A stretch of 64,000 nucleotides of DNA from an uncultured delta proteobacterium (GCA_963804955.1 CAWDSQ010000007.1:384001-448000); one strand, 5' to 3'. Shown: positions 20,797 to 32,959, numbered from the stretch's first letter. Notes: generated from the sequence alone by a model not told the origin. Made by a program: numbers and translations.

Positions 20797-22445
20797 GTTC
20801 CTTCTCCCTCTTGTGACGGCTCCGCTCCCCAGAAGTAGTTACCACTCCCAACTCCGTTAGGGTCAAGCGCTGCCTTGAGCTTGCGCTGCCAATTGTATTC
20901 CGGCGACCGTGAAAGCTTCTTGGCGCGAGCATCTGCGTCGGCATGCGTAGCCCGTGCCAGCCCGAACAGCATCCCTCCGGGAGGGCGGCCCTGTGCAGCT
21001 TTTAATCTGTCCCCTTCGTCTGAACACTCCGCTGCAGCCTTTGATGAATCAGGGTCCTGTGGATCATAGAAAACAAAATCCTCCCATCCGGTGACACCTC
21101 CGCCGCCTTGTCCACCGACGGGTCCCATCGCCTGGTCACCGGCATCAGCGATTCTGCCGGCATATTTCTTCAATAGCGCCTTGCCGGCTTCGATTTCCCC
21201 GGATGCCCACACATCCGGTGTTGCTACCGAGTTATAGGTATCAATAAAACCGCCGGTGGCCGTGAAATTGACGCTTTTGAAGCAGAGCTTCAGCATGAAC
21301 AAGAGCACGTACTGCTGCATAGCCGGCTCATCTACTACTGCTATGTTCCATCCACCGGTCTCACTCAGTATCTGGTCCAGAACTTTCTTCTGGTACTCAA
21401 GGTCCCGTGGCGTCATACCGACCATAATAAGCTGGAAATTGCGCTGCATCTCTTCAGTCAGCTTTTGTATTTCCGGCGTGTCCAGCAGTTCCGGAATATC
21501 GCAGAGCTGCTTCGTAGGATCGGTTACTATTCTCAGAAAAGCGGCCTGCAGCTCATCGCCCCACATGACGAACTGCCGGTGAGCGATATAGCCTATTTCC
21601 GAGTCGTAGATTCTGTAGATCGCATCAGCAAAGGCCTGCAGGCTGGGGAAGGCCGGGAACGCAGCTTTGAAAAGGTCCTCCGGAAGCTGCGACTTATAGG
21701 ACGGCACGGTACCTTCAATGGCAATCTGCGCCGGGCCGGGCCAATGAACGAGCCGTATGGCAATCTTGGTCACAACGCCCCACCCCCCGGCGCCTCCCAG
21801 GGAGCCCCTGATGATTCCCTGCGTGCTCGGGCCCGGCCCCTCGGCGCAGAACCAGCCGAGGCCTGAACCCTGAGAGCCTGTCCTGAGGATGTCACCCGTA
21901 GGCATGACCCACTCTATGGAAAGAATACTGTCCTGAGGAGAAGCAAAATAGATGACATCCGGCCCCCCGCCCTGAAAACAGCAGGCATTGGCAAGGACCG
22001 AAGTTCCTGCGCCGGCGCCACTGATATGATTGTTCAAACCAACCTTCATGGCTTCGGCCTGAAGCTGCGCAGCAACCACATACGGCTCAACCACGGCAAA
22101 CATATTTTGCTCGTCTATTTCCAGTATTTTATCCATCCGCCTCAGGTCCATGAGGATCTGCCCCTTGGCCGGCACGGCAGCCCATGGTCCCCACCCCGTA
22201 CTGAAGCAATGATACTGTATCTTATAGCGGTTGCAGGCTTTAACAATAGCCTGAACATCCTCCGTACTTCCCGGCATAAGCACGGCCTCGGGCCTGTCAA
22301 AGAACTTGCTGCCGCCGGTTACGTCGGTTACGAGCTCAGCCATCCATTGATAAGCATATGAATCCAGCGTCGCCGGCTCCTCCGTGATATTATCCGGCCC
22401 CACAATACCTTCCAGGGTTTCATATACTTCTCTGGGTAATGCCAT
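20793..22445 (-). CDS. FAD-binding oxidoreductase (GlcD/VAO family)
   Basis: PEAVLMP, DLRRMDKILEID, AVVEP and KAALDPNG. Confidence 0.85.
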   Translation of the reverse strand: MALPREVYETLEGIVGPDNITEEPATLDSYAYQWMAELVTDVTGGSKFFDRPEAVLMPGSTEDVQAIVKACNRYKIQYHCFSTGWGPWAAVPAKGQILMDLRRMDKILEIDEQNMFAVVEPYVVAAQLQAEAMKVGLNNHISGAGAGTSVLANACCFQGGGPDVIYFASPQDSILSIEWVMPTGDILRTGSQGSGLGWFCAEGPGPSTQGIIRGSLGGAGGWGVVTKIAIRLVHWPGPAQIAIEGTVPSYKSQLPEDLFKAAFPAFPSLQAFADAIYRIYDSEIGYIAHRQFVMWGDELQAAFLRIVTDPTKQLCDIPELLDTPEIQKLTEEMQRNFQLIMVGMTPRDLEYQKKVLDQILSETGGWNIAVVDEPAMQQYVLLFMLKLCFKSVNFTATGGFIDTYNSVATPDVWASGEIEAGKALLKKYAGRIADAGDQAMGPVGGQGGGGVTGWEDFVFYDPQDPDSSKAAAECSDEGDRLKAAQGRPPGGMLFGLARATHADADARAKKLSRSPEYNWQRKLKAALDPNGVGSGNYFWGAEPSQEGEGT

Positions 22446-22461
22446 AGGTAATTCCTTCCTG

Positions 22462-23743
22462 TTAGAGTGCTTCGCGCACAAGATCTAAAATGTCATACAC
22501 TTTCATCGTTTCATTACGATCCGTAACGGCATCAAGAAAATTTCGCTCACAATGGGGACAGGCGCTCACGATCGCCTCGGCGCCCGTGGCCTGTGCCTCT
22601 GCAATCCTCTCTCCGGCAGTCCATGAGGAGAATTCCGGGTACCGTTCCCGCACCCCTGCGCCGGCGCCGCAACACCACGCATATTCCCTGTTTCTTTCCA
22701 TCTCGACGAGCTTGATACCCGGAATGCTTCTCAGTACATTCCGCGGCGTGTCATACACTACCCTGTGCTCCGTTATACCGGGGCTTGCGTGGCTCCCATA
22801 CCAGGATCTGCCCGCGAATTTTCTTCTGCTCGCCCTTCCAGGGCACATGGGGTTCTCCGCGTCTTCCCAGATGGCAGGGATCATGATAGGTGACCGTCAG
22901 GGGAACTTCTTTTGTAAATTTCAGCTTGCCTTCATTAATAAGCCGTTCAAGAAATTCCGTGATGTGAATGACCTCGAACTTATAATTTTTCAACTCATCA
23001 GGATACAGGCGCTTGAATGCATGGTAGCAATCGGAGCAGCCGGTAACCACTGTTTTTACCCCTGCAGTAGTCCAGGCTTCTTGATTATTCTCAGCATATT
23101 TGAGAAATTCCCCCCGATAGCCCATATCACAAACCCTGCCGCCGCAGCAGTTCTCATCTCGCCCCATGATGCCGAAATCAATGCCGGCATTTTTAAGCAG
23201 GCCCACCACCGTTCTGGGTATCCTCCAGAGCTCCTTATCAAAACTGTATCGACAGCCGACGTGGAACACAACTTCAGCCTTCTCCCGGGTGAGATCTTTT
23301 ACCTCCAGACCCTCGGCCCAGTTGGCGCGATCAGCCTTGGGCTCCATCATCATGTTGTCCTCCTTGCGGAGGTGCTCTATGAGGGGAATATCCTGAAACG
23401 GGAAGCAGCCTTTGTCTATCATTTCAAATCGTAATTGACGCATCACCTCTACGGGTTCCAGATCATACCGGTTAACCTTGCAGGCAACGTCACAGCACCC
23501 GTCCAGCATGCATTTGAAAACGATGTCCACCAGCCCTTCATCAAAGTAACTGCTCCTCTCCTCGAGAAGGGACAGGGACGTGCTTAATCGTCCACTGGCC
23601 GAATAGCTCTGAAACTTGTTATACTCTATGCTGGGACAGCCTTTTGCAAAGCGCCAACTCTTCACATGGGCAAGCGGGATCCATTTGCAGTATGAGCACT
23701 TGGCGCATCGTGCTGCGGTTGCCCTATAATCTTCCAGTGCCAC
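22462..23743 (-). CDS. Fe-S/CCG-domain oxidoreductase (GlcF/HdrD-like); frameshift at ~22800
   Basis: CAKCSYC, CCGG, TYHDPCHLGR, WCCGAG and SACPHC. Confidence 0.9.
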
Positions 23744-23773
23744 TTTATACCTCCTGTTTGGTTTAGCCCCGGC

Positions 23774-25289
23774 CTAAAAACAAAGCTTGCCGGGGTTCAA
23801 TACATTATTGGGATCGAATAGTGCCTTCAGCTGCTTTGACAGAGCCGTATGCTCGGGATTTCTACCATAGGCCATGTCTGACCAAATTCCGTATGGGCGG
23901 GTATAGAAGGCTCCCTGGTTTGACAGTTTTTCACTGGCCTTGGCGAACAGCCCCTGAACCATGGCTACCTCCTTCTCGTCGCCCGGATCATAGGGCAGAC
24001 TAAATTCCACATGGCAGCTTGTTCCCATGTGCGTCGGCTGAATATACATGCCCAGATCCGGTAGCGGATAGCTGGAGGCTTCCGCCAATTCGCTCATCGT
24101 CGCTGTGAACTCGGGCGCTCTGTTCAGTGTGGTGAGAAAAAAGATGTCCTGGCAGCCGCCCTTGTTGCGAAGTTTCCAGTACGGTTCTTTTGAGGGATTA
24201 AGCACTGCTTCCGCCACCTGTCCGCCTGTTGCCCCGGGAATTGCCGACTCCGGACGCACGTTACATTGCTGAGCTATATCGGTAATATCCTTTTCGAGAA
24301 ATTCAACCCGTTCCTGCGCAAGTGATGTCACGCCCGGTCACACCCAAAACGAGCGTCCACGGGGGCAACTCTTTGCGCAAGGACATAACCTGCTCAGTTT
24401 CTTCTCCCAGGAGAGACGCTAAAGCGGATCTGTTTATCAGCATTAATTCATCATGAAACCGTATCCGCAAGAGCTTATAAGCAAAGCCGATAAGAGTTTC
24501 AAGCCCATCAGCAGGCACCAGGAAAAACTTTTGAGCCTTGGGCAGCACTTCGCATCTCAGCGATGCCCAGGTGACAATACCCATGGTTCCCTGGGCTGCC
24601 GACACCAGTTTATGATAATTAAACTGCCCGGGGCCATATTGGTAGAGCGCCGTACCCTGTATTTTTTTTTGTTTTTCAAGCAGTTCTTCTATCGGGACGA
24701 GTTTCTCCTCCTCCCTGGTGGAGGTGCTGACACCGGCGCCGGCAAGCTCACCGGTCCGAAACATCTCTCCGTTGCCCATGACCGTTTCAATACACCGCAG
24801 CGGCTCATTCAGCGACCAGGCATACCGGGGGTTCGTTATCGGCTCTCGTTCCAAAACACTGCCCAGCACGGATTTAGTGGCACGCGGTTTCAATGGCATG
24901 GAAAGTCTCAGGCCTTGCTTGGCCAGTTCCGGCTGAAGCTGGCTAAAGGTCACCCCTGGCTCAATAAGAGCCACCCGGTTCCTCCGGTCCATCATGATAA
25001 TCCGCTTCATTCCGCTCAGGTCCACAATAACCGCCCCCTCTGAGGCGGGAACACTGTCGCCACGGAAGTGCGGCGGCCCTGAGCTTACCGGAACCAGCGG
25101 CGTTTTTGTCTGGTTGGCCCACTTTACTATACCCTGCACTTCATCGGCATTCTTAGGCCTTACCACCATCAGGGGCTTCCTTGACGGGACAAAGCTGTGG
25201 TCCCTGGAGTACTCATCCAATGTAGCCGGATCATCGATTACATTCTCCGCACCAACAATCTTTATGAGCTCATCTTTTTTTTCGGCCAT
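23774..25289 (-). CDS. FAD-binding oxidoreductase (GlcD-like); frameshift at ~24320
   Basis: VVRPKNADEV, VDLSGM, QGTMGIVT and LFDPNNVLNPGK. Confidence 0.9.
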
Positions 25290-25475
25290 GTATACCTCAC
25301 TGTATCCTCTGAAATTTTCTTATTCTTATCTGCGGCAGGGATCTAAAAAGCTATCGACAGTGCTTCAGTCCAGGCCAATGCAACCTGCAATGGATGCATT
25401 CGACATATTTAAACTTGAGAAATACACTTCGCCGAAAATATCCAGTTCGGGTCTGATACATAATTAATTTTTTAT

Positions 25476-25533
25476 ATGTAGTCTCTAAGACTACATCTAA
25501 AGGGATTATAAGTTGATTTTTAAAACTTGTCAA
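25476..25533 (-). promoter_or_regulatory. Consensus sigma70 promoter plus perfect palindromic operator
   Basis: TTGACA-17-TATAAT on the minus strand; ATGTAGTCT-cta-AGACTACAT at 25476-25496. Confidence 0.75.
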
Positions 25534-25744
25534 GATAAAAATCCGGCAGGAACGCGTGCAGCGTTCTATAGTTTGTCTAAAACAACCCTGCATGACGGTC
25601 CTTCGAGTTACCCACAGAGACGGCTGCATGAAAAATCCGGATATACGCGGAGATTAATTCCGGGTTATTCCGGTCAACGCACGTTTTATTCCGGCTCAAC
25701 TTTGGGCCCCGGAGCATCATGGCCGGCTGGGGCAATTTTGTTTT

Positions 25745-25951
25745 CTACACCGGTGTTTGCATAAAAAGTTTCTGTACAAGTGCTTTTTCCCACAATCCCA
25801 TAAGCGTGCACCTTTCGGGCTTTGTATTTTCATAGCCGGCAAGAGCTGGTTTCATTTTCACAAGCGGTTTTAGCAAAACAACTTTTTGAACGAGGGCATT
25901 TTCCCACAATTTCATGAGCACAATGAGACTTTGCATGTTTATTTCCGCCAT
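25745..25951 (-). CDS. Small protein with internal repeat
   Basis: AGGAGG RBS; LMKLWENALVQK and LMGLWEKALVQK. Confidence 0.5.
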   Translation of the reverse strand: MAEINMQSLIVLMKLWENALVQKVVLLKPLVKMKPALAGYENTKPERCTLMGLWEKALVQKLFMQTPV

Positions 25952-26799
25952 ACGGCCTCCTGTAAAAGTTACGGTGTACACAGATAATCTAAAAGCAGTG
26001 CAAAGCAAATGCTGCTGGCAAAGTATGCTTAAAGAATAATACCATTAACCTTATAGCATGTCAAGAAAAACATGGGTGTTTTAGAGCCCCCGGATACCAT
26101 GACCAATAAGCGGCAGGGCGGTGGTTCACATTTCAAAAACAAACGCGCTCGTTTAATAATTCTTTATAAAAGCTGTGTTTTTTGAGGTTGTCATTTTAGC
26201 CGGCTGTTTTTACAGAGGTCCGGTCGAGAAGCACTGGTTAAAGCCATATAATATTTTGAAATTCAAACCATTTAAATATCGTAATAATACGAAGCCGGTT
26301 CCCTGTCAAGCTTTTTTTAAAATATTTTAATATATTCAGGGCCAGTGTCTGGAAGCGCCAGCCGGACGAGGCAGGCAGGTCAGGCGGGCTTTTTATCGCT
26401 GGTGATTAATCCCGGTTAAAAAATGGACCTTAGTAGAAACCGGAAAGAAACAGTACCATAATCAGAGGAATGGCTTTCGGCGGAGCTTTTTCCTGCTTGC
26501 TGTGCTTTCAGATCCTTCATCGGGCGTAAGTCTTGCGCGCACAGGCAGTTCCTGGCAGCCGTTTATAGCTACCATGGGAACAGGTTGCTTGATTCCGGGC
26601 GATGGGAAGGGGCATACAGTAAGCAAACGCTGCAATTGCATGCTTCAGACACAATCCAATCACAGCATGTCTCAAAGGAGCCGTCGGCGGCTCCGGGGCA
26701 AAGAGACTGTTCTTGCTTTACGCGTTAAAATAAACCACGGAATACTTGACTCCACCGGCATTTTTCTTATCCGTTATCTGCGCATACCCATGTGGCTTT

Positions 26800-27279
26800 T
26801 TATCGTGATCGTGTTATCCTGAAGCAGCACTCATTGTCGCCTGCGGGCTTATGTTTCATTCTTTCCCATTTTGCAACTTTGTATTTTCCCCCCAAAACAC
26901 AGTCCATATCACAGATAATCGGGCAGGGATCGGGCAGGTTGCGCTTCCTTGTTGCCTCAAGATGCGGACAGTGCTCAAGATGTTCATACCAGACCGGCTC
27001 GCCGTTTTCTTCACCCTTTTCTATCCATATTTTCCATCCGTTGGCGGGAAACATATCGATTTCGTACATCATGATATCGCCGATATCTTTGCCCTCAAAT
27101 ATCTTTATTCTTTTCTTAAAATTGGATTCAAACAAATCATGATAAATTGCTGAGCCTTTTTCTTGCCCGTAACAATCCAGAAGGTTTTGATACAGCAGGG
27201 GAAGCTTGAGGGCATTCTGCGCAACGAGCAAATCGCGCTGCTTTTCAATAGGCATTTCTTTCCCTATAACTTTTTCCAT
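26800..27279 (-). CDS. L-2-amino-thiazoline-4-carboxylic acid hydrolase-like (V4R/H-NOX-related fold) protein
   Basis: HCPH...PCPIICDMD...GDNECCF; AGGAGG RBS. Confidence 0.7.
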   Translation of the reverse strand: MEKVIGKEMPIEKQRDLLVAQNALKLPLLYQNLLDCYGQEKGSAIYHDLFESNFKKRIKIFEGKDIGDIMMYEIDMFPANGWKIWIEKGEENGEPVWYEHLEHCPHLEATRKRNLPDPCPIICDMDCVLGGKYKVAKWERMKHKPAGDNECCFRITRSR

Positions 27280-27334
27280 ACACAATCCTCCTTGTGTGTA
27301 ATTATTTTTTATTTGGATAAGCGTGACGCCGCTT

Positions 27335-27610
27335 TTACAGATACTTCTCTCTGTTGACAGGGGCACATGTACGTGAGGCATGCAAAACATTACCGCACAG
27401 AGCTCGCCAGCCCTCGGTCAATCGAGGGAAAACGCCCCCAAAACACTCGCTTGTTTTTAAGGGCTCCACGACGTCAAGCACTTTGTCGATTTTATCTTCC
27501 GGTGTTATCGCCCTGAGCGCAGCAATTATATTTTCTTCCCGTATCGAACGGCCATCGCCAGCAGTATATTCTACGGCACGGGCTCCGCCGCTGCTGGCGG
27601 AGCCGCTCAA
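27335..27610 (-). CDS. Short hypothetical protein or gene fragment
   Basis: Protein-like 91 aa ORF downstream of a TTGACA-17-TATAGT promoter (27632-27660). Confidence 0.3.
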   Translation of the reverse strand: MSGSASSGGARAVEYTAGDGRSIREENIIAALRAITPEDKIDKVLDVVEPLKTSECFGGVFPRLTEGWRALCGNVLHASRTCAPVNREKYL

Positions 27611-27788
27611 GGCTTGTCTAAAGTCGTACAGACTATAAATAATGCAATGTACTTTGTCAACATAATACCTTATAAACAGTTCTGTGTGAATAATTCCACT
27701 TAAATATTTTTTGGACGCAGGCGGTGATTTCTTGTATGTGTATTTTAGCGCAGCTCAAGGGGCTCTGCTCAGCTTGCATGTATCGGGC

Positions 27789-28592
27789 TCATAATCCGAA
27801 CTCCCCGAGAAGATTCCGGGAGGCATATTCATCGGAATTAAATCTCTCTGCTGCCTTTTCATCGGTCAGCCAGTCGATTTTTGAGCCTGTTGTGGTATTA
27901 GACAATATATTCTCCACCAGAAACGGCGTTACGGTTTCAACCTTGTCTGCAAGTATATTGTAGATCATTCGAACCTTCTCATACTCTTCCTTAGGCATTT
28001 TCTTCATGTTTTCAATCAAAAAATCCGTTATCACGATACCGGGGCCAAGGGTGCCGACCTGAACAGGGGTTTCCGCAGTTTCCCTGACAAGGGATTCAGT
28101 AAAATATCTCAGGGCGCGTTTCGTAGTTCCGTAAACAGTAAATCCCGCCCGCATATTGTCATTGCTTCCCATGCCCTCCATATTATAAATCTGGCCCCCG
28201 CCCTGCCCCAGCATCCCTTGTAATGCGACATGGGTGCCGTACATAAGGCCAAGAATATTGGTATTGACGACTGCTGCAATCTCAGCAGGGTCAAGCTCCC
28301 AGTAGCGCACTGCCGTATTCATTATGCCGGCATTGTTGATCCATATGTCAACACGGCCGAATGAACGGGTCGCCTCATCCCATAAAAAGCGTGCCTGGTT
28401 GAGGTCGGTAATATCGCAGGGCACAGCTATAACGAACCCATCACCGAATTCATCAGCAAGCTTTTTTCGTTCTGCTTCCAGCCTTTCAGTGCCGCGGGCA
28501 CTGAGCGCCACCCGGCAGTTCCGTTTGAGAAATTCTCGTGCCAGCCCTAAGCCAATGCCCTGGCTGCTTCCGGTAATAACTACTGACTGCAT
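27789..28592 (-). CDS. SDR oxidoreductase resembling chlorophyll(ide) b reductase NOL/NYC1
   Basis: ITGSSQGIG, AREFLK, DIWINNAG, GQIYNMEGMGS, YGTTKRA, PGIVITD and NILAD. Confidence 0.8.
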   Translation of the reverse strand: MQSVVITGSSQGIGLGLAREFLKRNCRVALSARGTERLEAERKKLADEFGDGFVIAVPCDITDLNQARFLWDEATRSFGRVDIWINNAGIMNTAVRYWELDPAEIAAVVNTNILGLMYGTHVALQGMLGQGGGQIYNMEGMGSNDNMRAGFTVYGTTKRALRYFTESLVRETAETPVQVGTLGPGIVITDFLIENMKKMPKEEYEKVRMIYNILADKVETVTPFLVENILSNTTTGSKIDWLTDEKAAERFNSDEYASRNLLGEFGL

Positions 28593-28731
28593 AATAAGCC
28601 CCCTGGTGATTTTTTAATCCTGTTACTACAGCGATCAAGAAAGCCTTAATACGCGAAAGTATGCGGCTGCAACAATGAATGCCCGGTCTTATACTTGTGC
28701 AAGCGTTTCCCGGTTCACATTGTATGGCTGG

Positions 28732-28781
28732 CATAATGCGAGAGGGAGCCCAGGGATCTCCTGGCTCCCTCTCGCATTATG
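28732..28781. terminator. Long hairpin, probable terminator
   Basis: Perfect 19-bp stem CATAATGCGAGAGGGAGCC/GGCTCCCTCTCGCATTATG. Confidence 0.6.
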
Positions 28782-28891
28782 TATGGCAACTTGAGCGGCG
28801 CAACAGCCAGACAGTTAACCAGTGATAAAAGTTTTATATTTCTCCTGTTGCAAACCCATAGCGCACACTGCTTTGAGCTTTAATTAAAACA

Positions 28892-31125
28892 TTACTGCTG
28901 AAGTTGATTTTTAGCCGCCCGGAGAACATATTTCGCCAGCAGCGGGCCAACCCCGGGATCATTATTGGGCGGTTTCCACAAGGCCCATGTCCCGGTATAT
29001 TGATTTTGTATCGGCTGATTTACATCAGGGGCTGACACGCTTTGATCATACCCCAGATGCCCCGTATTCGCAGACGTCATAGGCAAGAGAAGGATCCATG
29101 GCGCTGATCTTGGAAGTAAGTGCTGTTTGGCGCGGCGGCGGATACGGGCGCCCGTCGCTGCAGCCGCCCATTTCAAAACAGCACGGCTGTCCGCCGCAAG
29201 TCAGCATTGGCCCAGTTGCCCCAGTAATCAGCAAAGGGATGGCCTATGCCCGGATACGTTCCGGTATCTCCCGCAGCCCAATACAGCCAGTTTTTGAAGC
29301 CGATTTCTTTCGCAATCTGATTGGGTACTTCGACAAGATTCAGAACGGAATCGGTTGCAATCTGCGGAAATGCAACAACGACATGCTTTACGCCCCTGTT
29401 TTTCAAATATTCAAGGGCATCCCAGTACAAGTACCCCCATTCTCCCGAGGGTAATTGCTTAGTGCTCTGGTAGAGCCACGCATCGCCAAGATTCTCTCCG
29501 CGCATCTGCCGGGTTCTCTCAATAAGGCCATTTGCAGGGTTTAATGCTGGACGCCCCATCCAGGCGCCGATAATATTTCCCGGATTTATGCCCGGATGCT
29601 TCGCGAGCAGCTGAGATTTAATGTTCTGATTAACGATGAGCGTGTCATTGGTCTTTGGATCAAAAAATTCTTTATAATCATTAATTGGATGATTTAAAAG
29701 GATGACCCCCACATCAGCATCCGGCACATTCTGGTTTAAAACAGCTTCAATGCCCGTTACATGCATTGCGGCGAGCGCCGGATCAATGGCAACGGGATTC
29801 CCGGTGCCGTTGTCATAGGCGACGTTTGCATCTGTTGTCGGAAGGCCCAGCGTAGCGGTCCATCCGGCGGGTGCGGTGGGGAATGACCTTTCCATCAGAT
29901 TCGTGTAGTCATTTACCCAGATAAGAGGAATAGAGGTTGCATGTTCAGCATTCCACTTAGTAAGGGCCCTTTTTGACATCTGGATCACATCGTAGGTCTT
30001 TGAAAAGCGAACCCCGCCGACAACCAGATCAATGGCAATTATTTTCGTCACCCCTTGTTTCAGAAGCCGTTCCACCGGGCCATCAACATTATATCTTTGG
30101 GGATTACAGTCGGGCCAGGGCCCGCCGGGTTCCAGCTCGCCGCAATAGGTGCAGTTGTCTCCTGTGCCGGAGGGCGGCAGGTACATATACCGGGGATAGG
30201 GGTAGTGCTCGGTATCATCACCGATCATCCAGGCGGCCCAGTCATACACAAATGAAAGACCATATTCCTGGTTGAGCACTTGTTGCATGGCGTTCATTTG
30301 CTGCCTGGTGATTTCCATAAACGGGTCGGTGCCGCCAATCCGCTGATACTCGAATGCATATTTCAACATATACTGTACTGAGGTTTCCACCGTCAGAACA
30401 GCTCCCCACAATGAAGCATTATGTAAAAATAATTTATTAACCGGGTGATTCGGATCATAGGAAAATTGCTGCATGGAGGCATCCCAGACACCTTGCTGTG
30501 ACATCTCATCAAACCCGCCATGGACAACAAATAAAACACCCACCTTTTCATTACAAGCCCAATCACAGGCAGGCTGTCCGCTGCCGCCACAACCGGGCGC
30601 CGGGTCACACACATCGCCTATGCCATCACCATCGGCATCAAGCTGAGCGTAATTACAGGTGGCCGGACAATTGTCAACGTTATCAGCATAATAATCATTG
30701 TCTGTATCAACCTGCCCTTCACAGCTTGTCTGGCCGCACCCGCCGCCGCAACCGGGCGTGCTGTCGCACGCATCACCTATGCCGTCACTATCGGCATCAC
30801 GCTGAAGGGGATTGGCAATGGCCGGACAGTTATCATAATAATCAGAAATTCCGTCGGTATCTATATCAAAAGACTCGCAGACAGGCTGGCCGCAGCCGCT
30901 GACGAGGCCACAGCCGGGGGTTAGATCGCACACATCACCTGTGCCGTCCAAATCAGCATCCAGCTGAAGGGGATTGGCAATGGCCGGGCAGTTATCGATG
31001 GCATCATCAATGCCGTCACCATCACTATCGGCAGCCCATGAAACCCCCTGCCCGATAAAAATAAATAAAAATGAAGCTGCTACGGCCAGGGACTTGAGTG
31101 TTTTTCTTAGCCCGGTTTCTCTCAT
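28892..31125 (-). CDS. Secreted chelatase-fold protein with N-terminal thrombospondin type-3 repeats; frameshifts at ~29200 and ~29075
   Basis: Signal peptide, three DNCP..N..Q.D.D.DG.GD.CD units, then [16 protein letters not shown] and [12 protein letters not shown]-terminus colinear with its paralog. Confidence 0.65.
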
Positions 31126-31190
31126 AACTGGTTTCCTCCTTTTGAAAATTTATTGTTTTCGCCAAGGGGCGTTGAGCTTGAATTAAGGCC

Positions 31191-32959
31191 TTACTGCTGC
31201 AGTTTATTCTGCGCAGCCAGCAGCACATATTTAGCCAGCAGCTTGCCAACCCGGCGATTATCATTGGGCGGCGCCCACATGGCCCAGGTCCCGGTGTACT
31301 GATTTTGCACGGGCTGATTCACATCGGGAGCGGAAACGCTTTGATCATAGCCCAGGTGCCCGTACTCGCACACGTCATAGGCAAGAGAAGGATCCATGTC
31401 ACCGCGCTTGGAGCCAAGTGGCGTTTGGCGAACCGGCGGATACGGGCGTCCGTCGCTGCACCCGCCCATTTCAAAGCAGCATGCCTGTCCGCCGCAATCC
31501 GTATCGACCCAGTTGCCCCAGTACTCAGCAAAGGGATGGCCTATGCCCGGATACGCTTTGTCATCACCGGCAGCCCAATACAGCCAGTTTTTGGCGCCGA
31601 TTTCTTTGGCAATCTGATTGTGTACTTCGACAAGGTTTAAAACGGAATCGGTTATAATCTGCGGGAAGGCAACAACGATATGCTTTACCCCCCTGTTTTT
31701 CAAATATTCAAGGGCATCCCAGTATACGTACCCCCATTCTCCCGAGGGCTTTTGCTTATTGCTCTGATAGAGCCATGCATAGCCGAGGTCCTCTCCGCGC
31801 ATTGCCCGCGTTCTCTCCACCAGGCCGTTTTCGGAATTTGTTTCTTTGACCCCCATGAAAGCGCCGATAATATTTCCCGGATCCAGGTCAGGGTGCTGCT
31901 GAATCAATCGGGATTTAATGTTCTGGTTGAGAATAATTGTATCGTCAATCTTGGGATCAAAAAACTCATTATAATCATTGATCGCATGATTAAGAAGCAG
32001 CACGCCTGTCTCAGAATCCAAAACGGCGCCGGACATAACCGCTTCAATACCCTCAGCATGCACTGCAGCAAGCTCTGCATCAGAGGCTACGGGGTTGGTG
32101 CTGTTGTCGATCGGGACCTGGGCATCCTGCGCGGGCGCCCCCAGCGTTGCCGTCCATCCCGCCGGTTCGGTGGGATATGACCTTTCCATAAGATTTGTAT
32201 AATCATTGACCCATACAAGCGGGATAGCAGTGTTATGCTCCTCATTCCACTGATTGATCACCTGTTTGGCCAGCTGGATAACATCATAGGTTTTGGAAAA
32301 TCGAACTCCGCCAACGGTCAAATCAATGGCAATTATTTTAGACACCTTTTTTTTCAGCAGCCGTTCCACCGGGCCGTCAACATTATACCGCTCAGGATCG
32401 CAGTTTTCCCAGGGCCCGTCGGTTTCATCTTCGCCACAATAGGTGCAGGCGTCTCCTGTGCCGGAGGGCGGATTGTACATGTGCCGGGGGTAGGGGTAGT
32501 GCTGCACATCATCACCAACCATCCAGCCGGCCCAGTCAAACACAAAGGTAAAGCCATTCCTCCATCCCTGCCGCCAGCAGCTCCTTTTGCATATCCTTCA
32601 TTTGCCGCATGCTGATTTCCGGTAAAGGGATCAACCCCCCCGATCCTCGGATATTCAAATTCATATTTCAAAAGATATTTTTTTGCGATTTCCTGCTGCA
32701 AAACAATTCCCCACATTGAAGCACTATAGATTATGCCATTAGCCGGGTGATTCGGGTTGTAGGAAAACTGCTGCATGGCGCTGTCCCACACATATTGCGG
32801 CTGAACAGTATCCATCCCGCCATGGATAACAAACAGCACCCCCACTTTTTCTGTATTCAGGCAGGAACTCCCCACAGATAACAGCAGAAAGGAAAAAAAC
32901 AGCAGGAAAAAAACCCTGAATTTAGCAGGTAAGCCCTTATGGATTTTTTTATTGTTCAT
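31191..32959 (-). CDS. Lipoprotein with chelatase fold (paralog of the 28892-31125 gene); frameshifts at ~32550-32620
   Basis: Lipobox-like VGSSC, KVGVLFVIHGG, LLNHA and VAFPQIITDSV; near-identical to its neighbour. Confidence 0.65.

Noticed and set aside
30560..31030. Repeats that might suggest a CRISPR array
   Set aside because: They encode in-frame TSP3-like repeats; no repeat-spacer structure and no cas genes.
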